Assembly (NCBI GenBank): GCA_964199315.1
Contig: OZ116702.1
Coordinates: 16,554,001 to 16,618,000, forward strand
Length of the DNA stretch: 64,000 nucleotides
Reading direction: 5' to 3'
DNA from: Orbicella franksi
Lineage: Eukaryota
In this document: piece after piece, positions 48,601-58,518 of the stretch
How positions within the stretch are numbered: position 1 is the first letter of the stretch
Layout of the letters: every line of letters starts with the position of its first letter
Notes under the pieces: generated by a model
What the model saw: the letters and a program-made list of their open reading frames with translations, nothing else
Databases searched by the model: none
What the model was told of the DNA's origin: nothing
Translations under genes and position numbers: made by a program

Positions 48601-48818
48601 ATGGCTGCAAGGGATATGATTCAGAATGGGTCTTCATGCATCAACAACTTCCTGTGGAGATTTTCTGATATGGATCAACACAGGAAAACTTTAATGTTGC
48701 AGATCCTTGACTGGAGTACTCCATAGAACCAAGGTGTCCTACACTACTATTCTTCCTGTCTTGGCTAGCCAGTCACATGTAGACTCTGGTTATTTGAAGG
48801 CAGAAAATCTTCATTTAG

Positions 48819-50565
48819 CTAGTTCTGCCTCTCTTGGGTAGTCAGTCCTATGTAGGCTGTTGTTATCTGAAAGCAGAACTTCTATTATTCATTTTTCTTT
48901 TTTTTTTTTTCTACCCAGTTCTGTCTCTCTTGGGTAGTCAGTCCTATTTAGACTGTTGTTATCTGAAGAACAGAACTTTTATTTTCACCTAGTTCTGTCT
49001 CTCGGGTAGTCAGTCCTATTTGGTCTGTTGTTATCTGAAGAACAGAACTTTTATTTTATTTTATTATTATTTGCTTAGTTTTTAATTATTTATTAACTTT
49101 TGTCAATTTTTTTGATGATTTTATTTTCTTTTTTCTTTTCTTTTTTATTGATACTCATTTCTTTCATTTATTTTGACCCAGTTCTGTCTCTCTTGGGTAG
49201 TCAGTCCTGTTTGGGCTGTCGTTACCTGAAGAACAGAACTTTTACCTCATTTTAGTATTCATTTATTTTTAATTCTATTGTTATTATTATTATTATTATT
49301 ATTGTTTTATTATTATTTTTTTTGTTTATTTTTTTTTTTGGACCCAGTTCTGTCTCTCTTGGGTAGTCAGTCCTGTTTGGGCTGTTGTTATCTGAAGACA
49401 AAGACCTGTTTTTGTTTTTTCCTTATCCCCCCACTGTTTTTCCACCTCATGGTCCGTACCTTGTCGTGGTGAGGTGGCTTGTGTGCCTCAGTGACCTGTT
49501 TGAAGCAAATCCAGTGAAAGATACAGTTTCTTGATATACTAAATCAATTGAAAGGTAGAGGCCAGACTAAAACGGACCATCCTTTCTTAAATGCCTTTGA
49601 GTAAATTTCAGACAGATTTTAATCAGTTGGAATTCTATATGCCCTGGTCTGAAGTGGACCTATTTATAACATCCGACAATCACTTCAAACCATTAACCTG
49701 ATAAGAGGATACCAAGGCCTTTTTATAAGAGATGTCAGAATTGAAGCCTGGAATACCTGGCATAATAGACCCAAACAGAAGGAGGTATGATAGTTTTTTT
49801 CTGCTTTCCCTTTCACAAACATTTAATGTTCTGTTTGTTTAATTTATAACAATATTGTGATTTCTTACTCTGTATTGTTTCTATCGAGCGGTTTGTTATA
49901 CTTGGGCTGTTGTTATTTAAGGGCATCATCATCATCATCACTATCATCATCATCATCATTTCTTTTAACCCAATTCTGTCTCTCTTGGGTAGTCAGTCCC
50001 ATTTGCATGGGCTGTTGTTATCTGAAGAACAGAACGTTTCTTTATTTTATTTTATTTTATTTTTTTTACCCAGTTCTGTCTCCCTTGGGTAGTCAGTCCC
50101 ATTTGCATGGGCTGTTGTTATCTGAAGAACAGAACTTTTCTTTATTTTATTTTATTTTTTTTACCCAGTTCTGTCTCTCTTGGGTAGTCAGTCCTGGTTT
50201 TTGGGCTGTTGTTATCTGAAGAACAGAACTTTTCTTTATTTTATTTTATTTTTTTTACCCAGTTCTGTCTCTCTTGGGTAGTCAGTCCTGGTTTTTGGGC
50301 TGTTGTTATCTGAAGAACAGAACTTTTATTTTATTTTATTATTTTATTTTTTTTTATCCAGTTCTGTCTCTCTTGGGTAGTCAGTCCTGGTTTTGGGGCT
50401 GTTGTTATCTGAAGAACAGAACTTTTATTTCATTTTATTATTTTATTTTCTTTCCCCAGTTCTGTCTCTCTTGGGTAGTCAGTCCTGGTTTTGGGGCTGT
50501 TGTTATCTGTTATTATTACTATTATTTTATTTTCTTTCCTCAGTTCTGTCTCTCCTGGTCAGAAC
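48819..50565 (+). repeat. Tandem array of a ~62-bp partly palindromic unit separated by variable A/T-rich spacers
   Basis: About 12 copies of CCCAGTTCTGTCTCTCTTGGGTAGTCAGTCC...GGGCTGTTGTTATCTGAAGAACAGAAC, interrupted by unrelated sequence at ~49430-49900. Confidence 0.92.
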
Positions 50566-52176
50566 CTGTTACATGCAGCACTCTTTAGTTTTATAATTTA
50601 ACATTTTGTGTCCATTTCAGTCATTTTAATAATGCGGCAACTCTTTTAGGTCGCAAAGCAATGCAAAGTTGGCTGTTGTTAGCAAGAGTACTTATGAGGT
50701 ATGAGAGCTGTTGGTATATATTTAAAGTTTTATTTTTGACAGACAAATGTTCCCTTAATCTTAAATTGTGTGGAATCCGGTAGAAGGAGACTGCTCCTTT
50801 CTGGATAGGTATTTTCAATCAAACTTGCACTTGCGAAACATAAAATCTGAGTGTCAACTTTCCGTGGTTATTGCTCGCAAACAGTTCATGCCACCAGACG
50901 ACCCCAAACTCTCTGGTTGCTCTTCCTTCACCAGGTCCGACAACCATTTGAACTGGACAAAAAGTTGGCCGTCCCACGTCTTGCTCTCTCTTTGGCTGCC
51001 TCTAGTGCTTCTCTAGCATTTTGCGGTTCGTGTCTTTCCTCTACCTCCTTGTTTCGCAGGTAAGTCTTCTTAAGGTTTAAAGGAATGGCACTTTGTTGAC
51101 CGAGGGCAGGTTACAGTATCATTCAGGTCGTGGTCTCTGTATTGGAACACATTGAACTTTTCCCTCCAAACGGGGGGACGTAGGTGCCTCTTTTCTCTGC
51201 CGCTGTTATAAATGCATTTGGCATGTTAGCTAACAAAATTTGGACGTACTCTTCCAGTACATAGTACCTTTCAACGCGACTCCATTTCCCTTAAACAAAT
51301 ATAGATATTGTACAACGCTATATTCATCATTTTCTCTGGTAACATCATTGGTTCTTGAGAACAAAACAATTTACCGCTTCAATCCTATTCGCTAGTTTGG
51401 AAGTTTCTCAGTCAAGAGAAGTAAGATAATGATAGTAAAACGTAGTCACTCCATTGCCACAGAAATTTTGCGATTCCGTTGTAAAGATTGGAGAAACAGA
51501 GGGGAAGTAAATGCAAGCATACTTACCGGCGGCCTTTGGATGTACCGGTAGACAGGAATTAATACTGTCCACAATGCCACTTATCCCCTGTTTGTAGCTT
51601 GAAGACCTTCACCCTCTTCTAATCCTTGAAGGTAGCCGTATGACCTCCTGACCATTGTAAAACGGCAGAAATGTCACCGAATGTGCATCGATATGATGTT
51701 TTGCCTTTCTGTGTCGAAATAACGCAGTAGTGGTATTAAATTCGGACGGACAAATCGTAGCGCGTTTTAAAAACAGCCACAGAAACAGCCATGTTTGCAA
51801 GAATGGTGAGAATCTCTGCGACTTAAAAACCTTGTAATAGCTTTTCATCATGCTTTTCATTAACTTATTTACACATAGGCTTGCTGTGATGGAACAAAGC
51901 TCTTTCAACAATGATCAATCGGTGAATAGCTGAATAGTGTGTGAAATAGGGGATGGTTTTCCGGCAAATATAGCTGCTTCCTGAGTTCTTTTTGCTCCAC
52001 CAATCGTATACATTTAATATCCATTACACGTGCTTGCCAAACGCTTTCCGTCTCTCACTTTGGAAAGATCGCCCGTGAAATCAATTTTTCAACGATAGCT
52101 GTGAATAGTTTTTCATCTTGCAAATAACCGGTTCTTCCACTTATTGCTTCGTAAATTTTTAGTGTATTCATCCTTA

Positions 52177-53301
52177 ATGGCTCGAAACAAACGGAAAACG
52201 ATCAAAGATCCAGAAAAGTTGAAGAAAATTCAGAAAGAAGCAAAGAAAAGGTGGAGACAAAAGAAGGCTCAAGAAAAAGCTTTGAAAGCAGCGGCAGCCA
52301 TCGCCGGCAACTCGGCAACTATTGGCAAAAAGGAAGAACAAGTGGTTAGGTCTGTGCGAGAAGTAGCGGAGCGGAAGGTTGAAGAAAAAACCATGAAAAC
52401 AGCGGCAGCCATCGCCGGTAACTCGGGAACTATTGGTAGAAAAGAAGATCGAGTAGTAACGTCTGTGTGAGAAGTAGCGGAGCAGAAACATGGCGAACCT
52501 GCCAACCCGCCGCGAAGACGAGTCGACGTCCAACACCACGTTAAAGAGATCAATCCCTCGTTAGTCGTGCGGACAGAAAAATTTCTTGGATCAGGAACAT
52601 TTGGAAACTGTTATCTCGCTTATTACCGAGATCTGCTTGTGGCTGTAAAAGAGTTCAAGTCTGTGAAAAAGTGGAGCACTAACGACCTCAAAAAAGAAGT
52701 ACGCCAGGAAGCGAGAATGATCAGCTACCTCGGAGATCACAGTGGCGTGCCTTTGCTATTTGGTGTAATAACTAAGAGCGAGCCGCTTCGGCTTATTACA
52801 AAGTTTCATGGCCGAAAACATAGAAGCCTGACCTTGTCCAGTGCCACTAGAAAAAAAAATTATCTGGACAAACCTGGTTGGCTCGGTGTGTTAACAAAAA
52901 TCATCGAAGCGCTCATGCACATACATTCGTGCGGTATCCTGCACAACGATTTGAAAGCGAACAACGTCCTGCTCGAGGAACGAGAGAACGGGTCAGTAAA
53001 CTCGGTAATTATAGATTTTGGCAAAGCACGCTTTGCGTCTGATACAAAGCCTGCGGTGGCTGTAACAATTTCCAAAAGAGAGGAGTACCAGAAGCGCTAC
53101 CCTCATATTGCGCCCGAAATCGTGTGTGGAACTGGGATGCAAAGCTATAAATCAGACACATTTTTATTTGGAAGAATCGCCCTTGCTGTACTGGATTTGC
53201 TACCCACAGCAACTGCTCGATCAATTAAGATGGCCAAATCGGCTTTAAACGATGATCCTGAACAGCGTCCCTCATTAAAGGAACTGCTTAGCGTCCTTTA
53301 A
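52177..53301 (+). pseudogene. Intronless Ser/Thr-type protein kinase with basic, repeat-containing N-terminus
   Basis: LGSGTFG, VAVKEF, EARMI, HNDLKANNVLL, IIDFG, HIAPE. One TGA at 52468 joins ORFs 52144-52470 and 52567-53301 in the same frame. A 35-aa tandem repeat (AAAIAGNS.TIG.KE..VV.SV.EVAE) lies in the N-terminus. Confidence 0.9.
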
Positions 53302-56300
53302 AGATTTGTCAATTGAAGTAAAGAAACTCAGTCGTTCTCAAATAGTTAAACAGGCCAGTATGAAGTAATTTTGTAAATATGTCTTATAGTGCCCTCGTTA
53401 GTTCACGTTTTCCTTTTTAGATGAAGAACCTCATATTGAAAATGTTACCGCTGGAATAGTGATATTTACGGATTATCTGTGTTTCTCTTCAAAAACTGTA
53501 CTTTCAGTTTAGTGTTGCGAATAGAGAATCATCACGTTACTATTAAGTTTTTTCGATGAGCAATGAAAGTACTGTTTCCGGTTATTTAGAATTCAACTTG
53601 TAAAGATATATATTCTTTTTTATCAGAGAGCGACATGCTTTTAATACCACTAGTTGTATATGTCTCCAAGGAACAGCGGCATTAACAAATTATTAAAAGT
53701 GTTTTTAGAGAGTAAATAATACGTGGTTTATGAGAGTTTTATCCAGTGACACTAACGCCGCGAAGACAAACATGACCAAATTTCTCCTCGCAACATACAG
53801 TTACAGCCACGCGTGTTGATGTCTGGAAACCATTTGTTTTCATGTCATGAGATACTTAATTAAATTGGTTCGTGTTTCTTTCGGCATGCATTTGACCGCC
53901 GATAAGTGCGAAAAAAGTAATTACTGGAAATTCCTAGGGGACACCAAGAGCGTAGTAAACGTGTTAAATACGGTGTTCTCTGTCAGTTAATGATAAGCCA
54001 TGGAGGAGAATTTCTCCTTCTTAGCCTAATTTGCATATTTTTTTTCGGAGGGCAAAGCTCGTCATGTTTTGGCAGTTCATTGGAACTTACATCAAATGCG
54101 AGCTCTGTTTTAGCGGGCCAAAATCCAATCTACCTTCACTTCGTCACCGTGCACAGTTTTAAGACAAAGTTTTCCATTACCTAGAAGCTGAAGATAGTGA
54201 TTACAGGCAACAACAACAACAGGTAAGCAATTTTTGCATAAATTGAACGAGTAGAGTAAAGTAACGTCAAGATACATTTCGTTTTGCCTTTGGTTGTGAA
54301 TATGTCATTATCAAGGAGAAGTTACATTGCTTGTGGAATCGACTTTGGTGATGTTTACCTGCCGTGCATAAAGAGCTTATTATCTGTTATTATCTGTTCT
54401 CGATAACTGAGTAAGTGCTTGCAGCATTTGTTATTGGCTTATATGCACCTTATGATTCCTTCTGATGCATGCTCTTGTAAGGTTATGTTGCCCTCTGATG
54501 TGAATGTTAGTAAGCTAAAATGTAGTGTGCCAGCTTCAGCAGAGAAATTTCTCTTATGCTAGTGTAAGTATTCTGAAGTGTCTACAATGGTACCTACATG
54601 CAAGTTACAATATGCTGTTGTACACAACTGTACATGGACATTGCACCCACTGTTACTGATAGTAAGTTAAATGTTGTGGAGTTTTCTTTCACAAAAAAAA
54701 ACTTAGTTACTTTATAAAGAGGTATACATGTACCTCAAACTGTCATGAAAACTACACAGGACTTGAAGAAAAGGAAGAGCAACTTGCCCAGGCAGGAAAA
54801 TCTACTTGTCTTGGATGACATAGTATAGTCAATCGATTATTTGATAACAATAGAAATTAGTCAATGATATCAGAAATCAATGAAAGAATTTGTCATGAGT
54901 AATCAATTGTGATCAAATTTTCAATAAGCATTATTGATTTTGCTGATACTAGCTTATCTTTTAAGCAACATTTAATAAGAAAGAAATGAACAAAAGATAT
55001 AAAGGGAAATATGAAATCATGAATACAGTTGCATAAAAACAAAACATTGTATCTTGTAAACAGAATATTTTGCTGGCATACATGTATTGGGGACTATGTT
55101 TTGGGGGTCTTTGGTAGTGCCTTTGAAATCTACATAAAAAAGTTTCAATCACACGTTTTTGAGGGACACAGTTTTTCTACAGTTTATGTAAACTAACAAA
55201 GAGAGACCAACTTTCAATTGATCTCTAACGACTGATAAATGTGGTAAAATCAAATTGATTACTTGAAACTTCTCTAGCATGTGAGTATGAATTTCCTTTC
55301 AATTGATTGATAACACTGATAACACTTGCATTAATTCCAATTTATTGATTTACATCAATCTATGGATCAATTTCAATTGATTATCTTACCCTGGGATGAC
55401 CAGACAGCACTTTAGAGCCATGTTACAGCTGTACATTTTACTGGTATGAAATTGGGCTCTTACCAAATACATGTAGGTTTCATGTGCCATGCATCTGTTC
55501 ATTAGTAGGAGGGCAGGAAAAAATTGTAAGTCACTTGCCCAGTGGGCCAGTCAATTTCAGTTTTCACTTGCCCCTACTTAAATATTAGTTGCCAATGTGG
55601 TGGCCAGTAGGAAATCAGAGGACAAATGCAAACGAAGTACGCTCAGATTCCTAACTAATTCTTCCTTTCAACCTAATAGTTAACTAATCTTTAGGTCTTA
55701 AGTTTTGAAATGGAATGACTGGAAATTATCATTTACCAAGCTGATATTTTTAGTCAGACTCACAAGACTACTGAGGCTACATCATAATTTCACTTGCCCA
55801 CCGGGCCACTGAGCTTCTATTTTCACTTGCCCAAGTCATAGACCGTTTAAAAATTGGCTTAATATTTTTCTGAACTGATTTAACCCCACTCGTTCAAATG
55901 GCATTTCTATTGATCTTGAACGCATGACAAACAGCAAGCGAATGGCTGTTCAAACAGATATGCGTTGGTGTATGTTTTTGTGAGAGGTCATAATAAAAAA
56001 GAGATTAAAACTCTCAGATTTACAGTTGGGGATTTGATTGTTAATTCAAGAATGAACAACGTGACCATCTCAACATGGCATGACTGGTCAACATGACCGG
56101 CGAGTGAAGTTATTGGCCTGTCAAGTCACCATTCTGGCCAGACATTTCCCATTGACCGGCCATTATTTTAAGCCCTGAATATTCATCAATCAAACAGATC
56201 TTACATCTACATCTGTAGCTGCTGTGTGACAAAAACTTTGCATCTCTGATTGGAAGGCACTGAATGTCAGAGGATGTAGAAGAACTAAACTCAAAATCTG

Positions 56301-57522
56301 TGGCAGTAAATAATCAATGTTCATTATCTTCTACACTGTAATATTCATGCACAATAAATCAAACTCCTATCAAACAATGTTTAAATAATTAGTCAAGTTA
56401 TTTGCAGGCACAATTTGATTGTTTCTTACATGCACTTATGCTCTATTGGTGGACAAAGGTACAGATGATGTCATAAACATTTGTTTTTGTTTCTTTGTTA
56501 TGTATTACAAGGCAGATAGATTCCATGTTGCCATGCATCTGTTCAGTAATAGATCCCAGAAGGCAACAAAATGTGGTAAGAACAACAGTGACTCACTCGG
56601 CTGAAAAAATTTACAGATTCTGTGACACACTCTGGTAATGGCTTATGTGAATACTTTTTTGTTTTTACCACGTTTTGATGTAATCTGTACTCTACTCAGG
56701 GCAGAAAAAAACCCAGGTCTGATTTCCTCAGCCAAGTAAATTTTGCTCTAAACGGTCTAGCAATGACTGGAACAAACAAATTATATTTGTGGGTTTAATT
56801 AGGCTAACATTACATGTACTTGATTTTTTCGTAAATATCTTGACCAGTCAGAAACGAGACATGGCTGAGCCTTACTCTGGCCGGTCAACATGAGCAGCTA
56901 CAGTCCGATTTCAAAGGTCACAGTATAAATTGGAATGATAAGAAACAAAATAATAACTCCAGTGTAAAATTCGCTGATTGATATCATACACAGAATTTGC
57001 TGATTCATACACAAACATAACTTATCTTATTTAACGAGATGTTTTATGTTACTTGTAGGATGAAGTAAAATTGAGTGTGGTCAACACATGCATACTCCTT
57101 GGCATTGATGCTTGAACAGGAAAAAAGGAGCAACTGAGAAGTCTGCAGTATTTATGACTCTATAGGGGGTCCAGGGCCCATTTCTTGAGGGCCCCGGAAA
57201 CTTTTTGGGCCGGCAAAGCCATCTTTAATTGATCTGTGTCTTAAAACTAAGAGCTGTACATGCCTGAACATCAACTTTGATATGCTCTGGCAGCTTTATG
57301 GCATAAATTGAACCACTTTCAACATTATGTTTAATGCTTTGAGGTATCACCTACCTGTGTTAGTGAATTAGCATTAAATTTAAATATCTTAGATTGCTAG
57401 GTTGATACTTATTGTTCAATACAGCAGCAGAAATTAAAATCCTTATTAACGTCATCAAATATGATGTCATAATTTGACATTTTCACTTTCTTGCAAAGCA
57501 TTGAACTGTGCAACGACACAAG

Positions 57523-57675
57523 ATAGACCGTTTTCGTATTCTTGGGTTGGACTGGAACTGGCTTGCAGCTGAAGCTAATGCAAATGACATGAATCTCTTT
57601 TTAACGATATTCCCCACATGCGCCTCCATTGCAAGCTCGTTGCAGTCCAAAAGCGAGAATACGGAATTGGTCTAT
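57523..57675. mobile_element. Short MITE
   Basis: TIRs ATAGACCGTTTTCGTATTCT / AGAATACGGAATTGGTCTAT; superfamily not determined. Confidence 0.55.
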
Positions 57676-58518
57676 TAGTTTATCAGCCTCTTGTGATCGG
57701 CCGTTTGGCACCAGGCTAGCCTGCATATATAGTTGTCTTTTACGCAACCATTCGAAAGCGTTAAGACCCTGCTTTATATTCGCAAGCTAGCCCAATGTAA
57801 CCTGGCAATGCCTATGCCTTTGTTTCCCTTCAAAACCAGAACTGCTTGGATGTTGACTGTCCTCTTCAGCGCCTCACTAATTTGGCTTCAGCTCATATTC
57901 TGCCTCGCTTGACAAGGTATTTTGCCAAGCTTTGAAATCACCAGTTTCTCTTTTCACCAGTCCATATATCGCTTTTCCTACCTCTTGTTCTATCTTTTGC
58001 TGGTCTAAAAGATCGATAGGCCTTAAGATAAGACAAACATCTTATAAATGCAATACAACAGCGCACGCTCTCCCTGCATAATCCCCTGCTTCCTTAAAAT
58101 TATTTCATACATGGTGAAAGTCGCCGAGGCAATTTCCCTCCTTCTCCCCCGATCTGAAAAGACTTAATCAGAGCACACAATGTAAATTCATAACTTATAT
58201 ATTTATTAGTTTCAAGTGTCAGGCATTTCTTCAAAGCAAATAGGGGGTTTGCTTTCATGCGTATCTGGAGAAGGGTGAGCGGAGGGGTCTTTGTTATGTG
58301 TAAGCTAAAAGGTATGGTTGAGTCACCATCTGAGAATCAACGCAGATTTCGCGATTTTGGTCTGAAACAGAATATCGTTCAGCCTTTTCATCTTCAAACG
58401 ACAAACAGATTTCACCCAAAATATCATGTGGAGCGATTTGGCATCTCAGATCCACAAAGTACCAATGGGTATGGAAAATGTGTTCATGTCAGGACTTACA
58501 ACACTAACACTCTCGGGG

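Larger units (their letters stand above)
35597..48726 (+). pseudogene. Spliced RAG1/Transib-like DDE transposase fused to a C-terminal Ulp1 (C48) protease
   Basis: Phase-consistent GT-AG exons: 35597-36489, 36963-37200, 37360-37468, 37746-37849, 42338-42453, 42760-42833, 42933-43210, 43475-~43626, (uncertain small exons 43721-43892), 44984-45195, 45705-45797, 46282-46498, 46743-46829, 47102-48726. Motifs: KLDG, TLDYK, CAFCDAIR, SLHCEMRN, YGHLVIDH, GQGFEASHK; Ulp1 NHWGL / YFDDG / Q..GSCG. Lesions: frameshift ~35820, TAG 43537, TGA 48229. Confidence 0.82.

Noticed and set aside
48819-50565. CRISPR array (palindromic repeat with variable spacers)
   Set aside because: Spacers are low-complexity A/T microsatellites of irregular length, repeats are ~62 bp, there are no cas genes and the context is eukaryotic.
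49857-50596. Hydrophobic ORFs in the satellite
   Set aside because: They are artefacts of the repeat units and T-rich spacers.
53400-58200. Host gene exons
   Set aside because: Only AT-rich sequence and degenerate MITE-like fragments are present; no coherent exon chain could be built.
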